Virus record (IMG/VR): IMGVR_UViG_3300006028_000010
Coordinates: 36,330-100,329 of that record
Length of the DNA stretch: 64,000 nt
Source of the DNA: a virus
Direction: 5' to 3' (one strand)
The notes below the pieces were generated by a model. That model saw nothing but the letters and a program-made list of their open reading frames with translations, made no database searches and was not told the DNA's origin. The position numbers were made by a program, and so were the translations under genes. Shown here one piece after another: positions 28,370 to 38,392 of the stretch (positions are counted from its first letter, which is position 1; the number at the start of each line of letters is the position of its first letter).

Positions 28370-31300
28370 GAGCGGAGGGCGAACGCTTGCCGGCGGTCAA
28401 CCATGAGGGCGATGGATTCCTCGTTTTGGTCGGCCCGTGGGTAGATGTGGAACACCGACTGCTCCCTAGTCCGGTCACGGGACTGCTGGTACATCCACGA
28501 CGGGTCCGGTCGGGGTGAGTTGGCCATTTCACCCGTGTAGGCCCGGTCGTAGCCGGGTGGCAGCGCGGTGGTGGTGGAGGGTCCGGCGGTGGTGCCGATA
28601 CCGGTGCCCTGGTGCCGCGGCCACCACTGCCCTAATTGGGGGCTTTGCGGCGCTATGGTTTGCATCGCTGCGGTGAAGCTCGCTGCCTGCTGTTGCAGCA
28701 GGCCCGCCAACTGCTGGCCACCACCAGCCCCGGCCCCGGAGAGGGCTGGGGCGATGAACTGCGCGAACAGGCGCCGCAGCAGACCCCACAGGTTGAACCC
28801 GTCGAAGCCGTCGCCTCCTCTGCGACGCCCGCGGGGGCCGTAGTCCGGTGCGGGGGCATCCGGTTCGGTGGCGTAACCCAACGCCGCCCCCGAGTCGTCG
28901 GTGGCAAGGATCCTGCCCTGGGCCAGCCCCAGGATCGGGGCGAGCATTTTGAGCAGCGGCAACAATTTGCGGGGGATGAGCATTTGCCCCATCAGTTCAG
29001 CGGTCCGGGCTAGAATCGCTTGGGACATCGCTGACTGGTTGATGGGAATGAACGCTTCCATTCCTTGCAGCCGGTCACCGATGACGCGCCACGTGTTGGG
29101 GGGCACGATTTGCGCGATGCTCGACGACATTGGGGTGAGTTTCCCCCCGGCAGCCATTCCCACGACCCCACCGGCCGCCATAGGGGCCACGATCATTCCG
29201 CTGGCGCCGCCGGTGACCGCGTTGACCACAGCGGTCCAGGTGCGGCTGACGATCGATTCCAGGCTGGCGAGAATGCCCTGAATAACACCGGATGCGTTGT
29301 CTAGGGCACCGATCGTCGCGTTCCACGCCCTACCGACGTATTCACCGGCCTTGCTGATAACGGTTTGGATGACGCTGCTAGCACTGTCAGTGGCGCTGAC
29401 CACAGCATCCCACGCCCGCCCAACCCACCCACCAACGGTGCTGATCACGGACTGGATGACGCTACTAGCGGTGTCGGTGGCGCTAACAACAGCGTCCCAC
29501 GCCCGCCCGACCCACCCACCGACCGCGCCGATCACGGACTGGATGACACCACTCGCGGTGTCGATCGCGCCGACGACAGCGTTCCACGCCCGACCAGCCC
29601 ATTCGCTGGCTTTGTTGATGACAGCCTGAATGGCTGCGGTGACGGCGGTGAACGCGGTGGTCGCGGCGCTCGCAATGCCGCTCCACAACGCAGCCGCACC
29701 CGCCGAAATACCAGCCCACAAACTGGAGAAGAACCCGCTGACAGCACCCCAAGCGGTGGTGATCCCCGTCCAGGCAGTGGACGCGGCGGCGGTGATCCCC
29801 GACCACGCCGCCGTAGCCCCCGACGAGATACCAGCCCACAAACCGGCGAAGAACCCTTGGACAGCGCCCCACGCCGCCGTGATCCCCGACCACGCCGCCG
29901 TAGCCGCCGCTTTAATGCCGGTCCACGTCGCGGACGCCGCTGCCGTTATCCCATCCCAGCCCTGTTTCAGCCCAGCAACGAACGTGTCCCAACCGGATTT
30001 GATGGCGGTCCACGTCGCGGAAGCTGCGGTCGACAACCCGGAACCGGCGTCCTTGAACCCCTGAACGAACTTGTCCCAACCGGCTTTGATTCCCTGCCAC
30101 GCCCCGTCCGCGCCGGCTTTGATACCAGCCCAGGCGTCTTTGAATCCTTGCAGGAACATGTTGTCGGGGTTGATGGCCTTCCACATGTCCTTGAAGCCCT
30201 GGATAGTGAAATCCCAGTTTTTCCACACCAGCAGCGCGATACCGGCCAAAGCCAGCAGCGGTAGCGCGATCGCCGCCACCGGGGCTAGCGCGGCTAGGAA
30301 TCCAGCGGCGATGCCTTCACCCGCGACGGCCCCTGCCACTCCTGCTTCCGCTCCCGCCACGGTCGCTGCTTCCTCCGCGACGGTCACAGCCAACCAGGCC
30401 GCCCGAAGCTTCCCGAGTAACCCGATCGCCGACCCGATGGTGGACACCATCCCAGCGGCGCCGGATACGAGTTTCGCGAACAGCCACGCATCGAAAAACG
30501 CCTGAATAATGGCGGTGGCACCGGGCACGTTGTCCATGACCCAGCGGATGACGCTGGTGACGTCATGCAGTGCTTGCAGGAAGTTAGGGCCGAACCCTTG
30601 GGCTGTCGCCAAGTCCTTGATGATCGCCACAAGGTCTTTGAACGCGCCCCACAGCTCCTTCACCGCAGCCATACCAGATTGGATCCACTGCGCTAACTGC
30701 CCGGTTTGCCGGGCATTAGACACAAACGCGGCAGCAGCTTGCGCGGCGGACGTGAAACTCGCCGCCAACCCGGGCAGAAACTGCGAGCCCACCCGGGCGA
30801 CATCGGTGAAAATCTGCAAAATGGGTTGCACCGCGCCCGCCAGCGAATGCGCCGCGGTACCAATATTGTTGAAAATAGCCTGGTAATCCGCGATCGCTGC
30901 TTTCGAAGTGGCGAACTTCGCGAAGTTCAGGACAGCCTCATTGATCGCTGCCGCTACTTGGGTCAACCCGGACCGCAGCACCGGTAACACGGTGGTGCCC
31001 ATGTTGAGCATGGCCGCACCGACACCCTGAAACAGTTGCTGCTGAACATCCATTTTCAGCGCATCAAACGCGGGTTTGAGCTGAATAATCGCCGACACAA
31101 CCTGCTGAGCGGCTGGCGCCAAGTTCTTGAGGGACGCTGCGTAGTCATCAGCGGCTTTCGCTGCGCTCTTATGCGCGGCTGCTGCTGCTGTCACGGCCTG
31201 GGTGGCGGCCTGGTGCGCCGCGGCGGACCCACCCACCGCAGCCGCGACAGCCTTGTTAGCCGTCGCGTCCGCCTCGGTGGCTTTCGCGGCGGCATCCGCC

Positions 31301-32173
31301 GCGGTGCCCGCACCTTTCAGCGCCTCACTCATACCTTGGACACCGATGGCCACCGCGCCCAAACCGAGCCCAGCACCCAACGCGATAGCGGGAATCAAAC
31401 CCAGCACACCGGTCAATTGAGCAGCGGACGCGATCGCAGGAACAAATGCCGCGCCCATGGCGACACCCATCAGCGAGCCCTTGCTGCCAACATCGGTGAC
31501 CGCTGTCCCCAACGTTTTAAGGGCAGTCGTCGCCGAGTTGGTATCAACATTGACTTTGATATTCGGGGACCGGGCACCCAAAGCGGCTAACGCAGCCTCC
31601 AACTCAGCGATTTTCGCCATAGCCGCAGCGGTGTCAATGTTTACACTGACATGAGCGTCCCTCAACGCGTCCAAGCGGGCCTTGAGCTCATCAATCCGGG
31701 CCTCAGCCTCAGCGATATCCGCATCAACCTTAACGCTGGACGGCTGAGCCTTCAGCCGCTCCAAATCGGCCTCTAAACGAGTCAGCTCAGCCCGAGCAAC
31801 AGCATCATCAAGCTCAATCCTCAGTTTAGCGGCCTGCGCCGCCGCCAACTCCGCCTTAAGAGCCGCTATCTTCTCACGGAACAACCCCGGATCAGCATCC
31901 ACCCGGATCTTGGTGTCACCGATCGTCGCGGTCTCAGCGGCGACCTTCTCCTTAAAGCCGGCCATGTTCGGGGACACGTCAACTTCGGTGTCCCGAATGT
32001 TCGCGGTCTCAGCGTCGACCTTTTCCCGGAAACCCGCCATGTTCGGCGAGATGTCGACCTCAGCGTCGTTGAGGTCGGCGAGAGCCGCGCGGATCTTCTC
32101 GTGCAAACCCTCCAGCGAAGGCGTGACCTGAAGGAAGGCTCCCCTAAGCCTCGCCTACGTTGAAGCGAGCCAT
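28366..32173 (-). CDS. Tape measure protein, interrupted by a 10-nt gap after codon 9
   Basis: Ala-rich protein with Trp-periodic repeats. The ATG at 32173 has a GAGGGGGT RBS and gives MARFNVGEA-stop; the main frame resumes AFLQVTPSLEGLHEK. Confidence 0.85.
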
Positions 32174-32219
32174 GGGCACCACCCCCTCACTGCCCGAAGG
32201 CGGTCAAAGGGGGTGGTGA

Positions 32220-33049
32220 CTACGGTGACCCGTTGAGCGGTGGTTCGGTGAGCCGGGCTAGTTGTTGCTCGAGGTCACTCATGGCCTCATCGCGACGTTG
32301 CCGGTGGACGCGTTGCACCGCGGTTTCGGGGCGGGGTTGGGGCCGGAATTCCGGGACCCGGCCTCCTTGGGGGGTGTTGACGAGGATAATGGTGCGAACG
32401 ACCATGGCGAGCCCGTCGAGCAGCGATGCCCGCAGCTCGGCCATTTGGTCCCAATGTGACAGTGGTATCGACGCTGTGGTTCCGCGTTGTTCTGGGTCGT
32501 CTTCGTCGTCGAGTACGGCGGCGGCGGTTTCGTCGTCGTCAACGATGGCTAGTTTGTAGGCGGAATCCCAGGGTAGTCGTTCGGCTAGCGTCAGTAGTTT
32601 CCGCCAGGAGTACCGGCCCCGGAAAAAGTCCAGTAGATCGATCCCGAGGCGGGCGTGGAAATCGTATTCGAGGTGCTCGCCGTAGCGCTCTATAAGCGAG
32701 ACGAGCGCCGCAGGTTTCCCAGGTCGTCGTCCTCACCGTCGTAGTCGGGGTCGAACGGGTTCCGTTTCCATAACCCGAATTCGACCATCACATCACCGAG
32801 CATCCGCTGCAACGCCCCCGCGGGGGCGTCGATGGCCGCGTCAAGCAGTTTACGGCCTTGCTCGGCCCCCATGAGTGCTAAAACGAACTGGTCGTCGTCG
32901 GAGCGCCGGGCTTTGTTGACGAGGTCGATGGTCCGTTTGGAGGGGAACGGGATGGTCAGGATTTCCCCGTCGGGCATTTCCAGCTCGACGGGTTCCCGGG
33001 CGGCTTCTTTGGTGTAGGTGTCCCAGCGGCTCGCGAGACGTTTAGCCAT
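32220..33049 (-). CDS. Tail assembly chaperones G (32690-33049) and GT via -1 frameshift
   Basis: G GGA AAC slippery site at 32714-32720; the -1 frame is open (PAALVSLIERYGEHLEYDF...DFFRG...) through to the stop at 32220. Confidence 0.85.
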
Positions 33050-33252
33050 CAGCCGCCGTCCCCTAATCCTGGTGGTTTGTCGGTGGCCCTGGTGGGTTCC
33101 GGTTCGGGGGCATGTTCAGCGCGGGCCTCAGCGGGGGCCTCAGCGGGGGCGTCTGGGGCGATGCGGTATCCGTGACCGAACCGTAGATCGTTCGCCTCGA
33201 CGGGGGTGGCGGCCTCGTATTCGGTGCCGTCGGGGGCGATGAGCCGGATCAT
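33049..33252 (-). CDS. Small hypothetical protein
   Basis: AAAGGGGG RBS; coupled to the chaperone gene. Confidence 0.55.
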   Translation of the reverse strand: MIRLIAPDGTEYEAATPVEANDLRFGHGYRIAPDAPAEAPAEARAEHAPEPEPTRATDKPPGLGDGG

Positions 33253-33268
33253 GCGGGATCCCCCTTTC

Positions 33269-34210
33269 TCAGGAGGTGGTGACGGTGACAACGTTGGATG
33301 GGGTCGCCGAGGGGCCGATGGTGTTGACGGCGAACACCTCGAAGTCGTAGCTGGTCGCGGTGGTCAACCCGGTGATGGTGGTGCTGTTCGTGGTGGGGGT
33401 GCCACCAGCGCCGGACAGGACCGCGGTGAAAGAACCGGACCCGGCGGGGGTGCGCTTCGACACGGTGTAGCTGGTGGCCCCAGCGGTGGCGTTCCACGAC
33501 AACACCACCGTGGTCGTTGTCTTCGCCCCGAGCGTAAGACCGGTGGGGGCGACGGGCACCACGATCGGCGGGAACCCCATGGCTGGTAGCGCGGCCTGAA
33601 GCCCAGGGCCGCCCCACAGTTCGGACACCGCGTAACCCAGGGCGTCGTCCACGGTGGCTGTGAATGTCACATCCACCTGAATTTCCGTGGTTTCCGACCA
33701 CGACTGGGCGTTGACGTCGGACACCAAAACGCGGGGCAGGAACCGGGCGTAGTAGTACGTGGATGTTCCCGCGCCGTCCTGCGCCAAGGCCAGCAGCCGG
33801 AAGTATGTGGTGGACGGTGTGGTGGGTCTCCGGAAGTAGACCTCCCCGGTGACCGGGGTGGGTACCACGGTGGATAGGTCAGCGTTGAGGGCCAGCTGCA
33901 ACGTCATCAGCTTCGACTCTTGCAGTGTGACCTTCACCGACATCACATCGGAGGTGATGTCGCGGCGGACCGCGTCGGACACGCCGTGGCTGAACACCTC
34001 ATCGTTTTTGATGTCCCGGTTCCACACCAGGCCATGATCCTTGGTGTGTCGCCCGAGGGAAACGTAGGCGGGGTCAATCGCGTTCAGCGTCGGGGACGCA
34101 CCGGAAGTGATCGACGTGATCTCCGGGGCGGTCGACGGCCCCAGCATGATCACCGCGTCCTGCGCCTTGCGGATCAGGCCCGAGTTACGAGTAATGGCGG
34201 ACAGTGGCAT
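33269..34210 (-). CDS. Major tail tube protein with C-terminal FN3 domain
   Basis: Position in the operon; APTGL...LSWNA...Y...GLTTATSYDFEVFAVN FN3 signature. Confidence 0.85.
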   Translation of the reverse strand: MPLSAITRNSGLIRKAQDAVIMLGPSTAPEITSITSGASPTLNAIDPAYVSLGRHTKDHGLVWNRDIKNDEVFSHGVSDAVRRDITSDVMSVKVTLQESKLMTLQLALNADLSTVVPTPVTGEVYFRRPTTPSTTYFRLLALAQDGAGTSTYYYARFLPRVLVSDVNAQSWSETTEIQVDVTFTATVDDALGYAVSELWGGPGLQAALPAMGFPPIVVPVAPTGLTLGAKTTTTVVLSWNATAGATSYTVSKRTPAGSGSFTAVLSGAGGTPTTNSTTITGLTTATSYDFEVFAVNTIGPSATPSNVVTVTTS

Positions 34211-34284
34211 GACAAACGACCCCTTTCACGGGGTTGGGCTGCAAAACCGGACATCCCCGAAATTTGGGGTGGGGAAAAAATGAC

Positions 34285-34686
34285 CTAGAAGGGGCGGCGC
34301 AAATCCACGCGGTACTCGGCGACAATGAACCGGATATCGGGGTTCGGGTAAGGGATTTGTTTACCCGAAGAAATCGTTTCGGTGTAGTCGATCAAAACGT
34401 CGGTGACGAAATCCCCACTCACTGCGGTGCCGCAGGCAGCGAGAATGACCTGCTGCACATCCCGGTACAGCGACCACGCCTGCGGCCTGGTCGACCCGAA
34501 TGTGCTGACCTGAATGATGGCGTGGTCCGTGACCCCGTCATCGGGCCCGCCGATACGCTGAACCAGAATGTAAGGCGGGACCAGGTTCTCGTCGGTGTGG
34601 GTGACCGTGGTCCCCGGCGCGGCAACCGGTTTAAGCAAATCCATCATCACCAGCTCCGCATCGGGGTACGGGGCCAGAACAGTCAT
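34285..34686 (-). CDS. Tail terminator protein
   Basis: YPDAE...VQRIGGPDDG pattern. Confidence 0.75.
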   Translation of the reverse strand: MTVLAPYPDAELVMMDLLKPVAAPGTTVTHTDENLVPPYILVQRIGGPDDGVTDHAIIQVSTFGSTRPQAWSLYRDVQQVILAACGTAVSGDFVTDVLIDYTETISSGKQIPYPNPDIRFIVAEYRVDLRRPF

Positions 34687-34982
34687 TAGGCCCCCGATGC
34701 TCTGCGGAGCACGTGCTGGCCCCGACCGTGGGTATGCGCGTTGCCGAACTCAACAGCGGCGCTGTACGGGACTGATGCGATGACATCAGCCGCGACCCGC
34801 CCATCCCAGCCGCGGCCAGCCTCAACGTGGATGCTGGCCTTGTACCGCCCAGTGCGGACCGGGGCGATAGCCCTAGCTACGTCAGCGATCCGCTCAGCCT
34901 CAACACGCACCGCGGCGCTCAGGTCACCACTGGACCGCAACCAGGCCCCCGTCTCGGCGATGTTCGCCCGATACGTCGCCAC
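34686..34982 (-). CDS. HK97 gp10-like neck protein
   Basis: APVRTGRY...YSAAVEFG. Confidence 0.75.
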   Translation of the reverse strand: MATYRANIAETGAWLRSSGDLSAAVRVEAERIADVARAIAPVRTGRYKASIHVEAGRGWDGRVAADVIASVPYSAAVEFGNAHTHGRGQHVLRRASGA

Positions 34983-35002
34983 CAACCCTACCCCCCTCTC
35001 GT

Positions 35003-35341
35003 TTAGCCCGAGAAGTACCGCAAGGGGACCTGCATACCCGGCAGCCACCCGGTGAACGGGGACTGGAACTCGGTGGGCAACCCCCACACCCGCCACACCG
35101 TGCCATCATCAAGAGTGATCGTGTCCGAGTTACGGATATCGGACCCGGAAGGTGCGAACAGAATGGTGCGGGACACCACAATGTCGTGCTCGTAGGTTTC
35201 CAACTCGAAAGTGGACCGGGTTTTCGACGCGAGACTGATCGCGCATCCCGGTAACCGGTACGAGCTGACAATCGTGTAATCCCCGTTACGGTCCGCTGCG
35301 CGATGATTCACCGTCACCGTGATCGAATGGAGGAAAAACAC
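35003..35341 (-). CDS. Head-to-tail stopper
   Basis: DRNGD...SPFTGWLPG pattern; synteny. Confidence 0.72.
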   Translation of the reverse strand: MFFLHSITVTVNHRAADRNGDYTIVSSYRLPGCAISLASKTRSTFELETYEHDIVVSRTILFAPSGSDIRNSDTITLDDGTVWRVWGLPTEFQSPFTGWLPGMQVPLRYFSG

Positions 35342-35968
35342 TCACCCACCCCGCAGTTCCAGCGAGGACATCGGAGCGGGCTGATAGGCGGCCAGGATGC
35401 TTTTCTCGGCGCTCGTCAGCGCCATCGGGCCCTGCACGGCGATGTCCGACAACCGGTACCCGTAGTCACCGACGTTTTCCGAGACGACACCACCCATGCT
35501 GGGGGCGGTGATGAGGCGGGTCACCACGGAGCACACCACGGCCACCACATCTTCGGGGATTTCGGTGTAGCCGTGGGTGTAGGTCACCGCGAACATGGGT
35601 GTTTGCCACGCCAGGGTGTCGGTCATCTCCTCCGGCATGTTGATGACGTAGTTCCCGGAGGTGAGTAGCCATATTTCGTTGGACCCGTCCCAGAACCATG
35701 CGGGGAACGGCGCCGGGTCGCCGTCCCGCTGCAACCAGACCCGCACGTCGTCAACCGAAATAACCGGCTGGTTGGGTAAACGCAGCCGGGATCCCACCGG
35801 GCGGATGTTCGCGGTGGATTGGGTGGCGGTGAATGTTTGTTTCGTGAACCGGCGGACCGCTGCGGATGCGTCCGCGAGTAGCGCGGTGACCCGGATGGGT
35901 TCCACGGAGATCGTTGATGGCAGCCGGTTGGTGACGTCCCGTACTTGCGCGAGCGGAGGCAACCCCAC
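35342..35968 (-). CDS. Head-to-tail adaptor
   Basis: LLADASAAVR...VTYTHGY..IPEDV...SENVGDY. Confidence 0.78.
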   Translation of the reverse strand: MGLPPLAQVRDVTNRLPSTISVEPIRVTALLADASAAVRRFTKQTFTATQSTANIRPVGSRLRLPNQPVISVDDVRVWLQRDGDPAPFPAWFWDGSNEIWLLTSGNYVINMPEEMTDTLAWQTPMFAVTYTHGYTEIPEDVVAVVCSVVTRLITAPSMGGVVSENVGDYGYRLSDIAVQGPMALTSAEKSILAAYQPAPMSSLELRGG

Positions 35969-35995
35969 CAGCCACCCCCTCAATCAAGGTTGTTT

Positions 35996-37030
35996 TCAGA
36001 CCGTGGTCAGGCGGCGGGATGTGGGGACCAGGGATTCAGCCGCCGCGACCCACCGCTCGAGGTCGGTGTCGGTGTCCAACCGGTCCGCGATGCCTCTGGC
36101 CCGGGTCGACGCGGCCAGCCACTCCCGGGGGGTGGTGAGCCGCTGCAACGCTGCTACCCACGCCGACAGATCATCCCGGTCGCAGAACGTGCCCCCATCG
36201 CCCAACGCCTCCACCAAACCCGCAGTGGGATGCGCAATGGTGGGGATACCGGAACACGCCGCCTCAACCCCAGCCCGGCCGTAGCTTTCGTACGAGCTGG
36301 GCATCAACAGGATCCGGGTGCGGGCATACACCTTACGGGGCATGTCATGCGCCGCCACATGTGGAATGATCTCAACATTCGGCAGGCCATAACGGATGTC
36401 CTGCGTGCCGTAGGCGCCCCGCACACCCAGAAACTTCAGCCGAGGGAACCGGGCCGCCAACGCGTAAAACACGTCAGAACCCTTCTCCTCAAACAAGTTA
36501 ACCAACGTGACATGCCCTGTGGCGGCCGACGGGGGCTTCACCCGGTACCGGTCCCGAACGATCGGCGGGTGCACCACAATCCCCCGCGGTGGGGTGTCGT
36601 TGTGGTGTGTTCGCCACCACAACTCAGCATCGGCGCGCATCCACTCCGTGTTATAAACCGCGAGCCTGCAACCCCACCGCAGGTCAGCGAAACTCTTCGA
36701 ATGCCCATTGTGCACGATAACGGCGACCGGGATTTTGTGCATGTCACCCAAGATGCTCGCCCGTAGCGTGTTCTCCAGGTAGGTAACAATCAAATCTGGT
36801 GGATGCTCTGACTCAACCCAACGTATCGGATCGTACTGATCCTGATAGGGAAATACTGTCACGCCTTCATAGGTGTACGGTCCGGTGGCGAACATCGGGT
36901 GCGGCGTTGACAATTGCACCGAACACTGATGCCCGCTGGCCACCAACGCTTTCAGCAACTCACTAGACATGACCTCCGCGCCGGCACAGTGATGCGGCAA
37001 CCAGAGGTGCGCGCAGCACAGGACCCGCAC
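35996..37030 (-). CDS. GT-B (family 4-like) glycosyltransferase
   Basis: AGAE...LMPSSYESYGRAGVEAACSGIP (EX7E motif). Confidence 0.85.
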   Translation of the reverse strand: MRVLCCAHLWLPHHCAGAEVMSSELLKALVASGHQCSVQLSTPHPMFATGPYTYEGVTVFPYQDQYDPIRWVESEHPPDLIVTYLENTLRASILGDMHKIPVAVIVHNGHSKSFADLRWGCRLAVYNTEWMRADAELWWRTHHNDTPPRGIVVHPPIVRDRYRVKPPSAATGHVTLVNLFEEKGSDVFYALAARFPRLKFLGVRGAYGTQDIRYGLPNVEIIPHVAAHDMPRKVYARTRILLMPSSYESYGRAGVEAACSGIPTIAHPTAGLVEALGDGGTFCDRDDLSAWVAALQRLTTPREWLAASTRARGIADRLDTDTDLERWVAAAESLVPTSRRLTTV

Positions 37031-37057
37031 GTGTGGCCCCCTTGATCCAACCCTAGA

Positions 37058-38308
37058 TCACCCCGTAGAGGGGAGTGGCTCACCTGGGTGAAACGTGGCC
37101 CAGTAACGACACCTCTTATTGCAGTAAGTAGCCCCACGGCGGCGGCCTGGTGCTATCTCTGTACCGCACGCAGGGCAGTGCCTGTAGGCAGGATCACCAG
37201 GGTAGTTCGGGTTATTTCGTTTGTAAATGTAGCACGACCTACAGCAGCCCTTTACTTGGATAAGGGCCGACTTGCCGCACAATGCACAAGGTAACCGTTC
37301 GCTAGAAACCGGGGGGACATCGTTCATTTTAATGAAATTTTCGATGTTCCGCCGAGACCCACGACTGCGCGAACCAGCGCGCCATTCAACAAGCAGTAAC
37401 GCATGCTTGGACACGTTGCATGTGGCGCAAGCTGGCAGGATGTTACCTATCCCACCTCGACCACCCCGAGAAACCGGCACCACATGGTCAATATGTAGTT
37501 TGTTCGGCCGATCCCCACAATAGGCGCAACACCCACCGTAGCGATTCACGAGACGACGCCAGTCGCGTTCTAGTACCGCGACAGTGAAAGGGTTGTCTCT
37601 CACTAGCCTACGTCGATTACGGCCCCATAGACGCATATACAACCTGTTGTTTTCGCGCCACACACGCTGCCCCTGGCGTTGACTACACTCCTTTGAGCAG
37701 TATTTCCAACGCACAAAGTCGCCAGGCGTGAAAACTGAGTCGCACTCCTGGCACATAACTTTATCGGGCAACGCCGAGCGACCCATAGTCGCGCGGGAGT
37801 AGCACAAGCTGCCACAATATTTTACATCAATTCGGCGATGATCCAGTGACTTCTTGCACCCGATATAGTTGCATTGACGACCGGCTTTCGGTGGACGCTT
37901 TCGGCCAGCATTACCGCCGCCGACTGCCCACGACTTGCATCTGTCTGAACAGTATTTCCGTTTACGGTCCGATTCAGCTGGAATTATCGTGTCACACGCC
38001 AAGCAAACACGATCACCAACTGGCAACCGCTTTACCTCAGGTGGGTGTTCCCGATACCAGTGAAGGCAAGCGGAAGAACAGAATCTTCGTTTCCAGTTTG
38101 CTTCCGCTGGTATCGCGGCGTCACACGCCAAGCATGCCCGCCCTGCCTGATTGATTCCATCTCGTTTACGCCGAAGTTCAACGAGTTCAACGGCACATGC
38201 TTCACATAACTGACGGTGAGCGCGGCGCTGTTGATCGCGCCTTACAATAAACTCACTAAGCGGCTTACACTCATTACACCTAGTGCAAACGTTGGTACGC
38301 TGGGACAT
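37058..38308 (-). CDS. HNH endonuclease with multiple Cys4 zinc-finger repeats
   Basis: CAYCG...IDHVVPVSRGG...NILPACATCN; four CxxC..(F/Y)CxxxC repeats before the nuclease and one after. Confidence 0.88.
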   Translation of the reverse strand: MSQRTNVCTRCNECKPLSEFIVRRDQQRRAHRQLCEACAVELVELRRKRDGINQAGRACLACDAAIPAEANWKRRFCSSACLHWYREHPPEVKRLPVGDRVCLACDTIIPAESDRKRKYCSDRCKSWAVGGGNAGRKRPPKAGRQCNYIGCKKSLDHRRIDVKYCGSLCYSRATMGRSALPDKVMCQECDSVFTPGDFVRWKYCSKECSQRQGQRVWRENNRLYMRLWGRNRRRLVRDNPFTVAVLERDWRRLVNRYGGCCAYCGDRPNKLHIDHVVPVSRGGRGGIGNILPACATCNVSKHALLLVEWRAGSRSRGSRRNIENFIKMNDVPPVSSERLPCALCGKSALIQVKGCCRSCYIYKRNNPNYPGDPAYRHCPACGTEIAPGRRRGATYCNKRCRYWATFHPGEPLPSTG

Positions 38309-38376
38309 GTTGGACCTGCACTCTCAGGTTCGACATGTCCCAGCGGGCTGGCCTAATCGCTTGCCGGGGCCTTACT
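38302..38376 (-). promoter_or_regulatory. Nuclease-associated leader, copy 3 (divergent, buries the ATG)
   Basis: AGTAAGG CCCCGG CAAGCG...CGCT GGGACATGT CGA ACCTG-AGAGTG-CAGGT CCA ACATGTCCC. Confidence 0.7.
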
Positions 38377-38392
38377 CCGTCGATCTGGACCA

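Noticed and set aside
29300-30150. Long tandem repeats as a separate element
   Set aside because: They are ordinary Trp-periodic tape-measure repeats.
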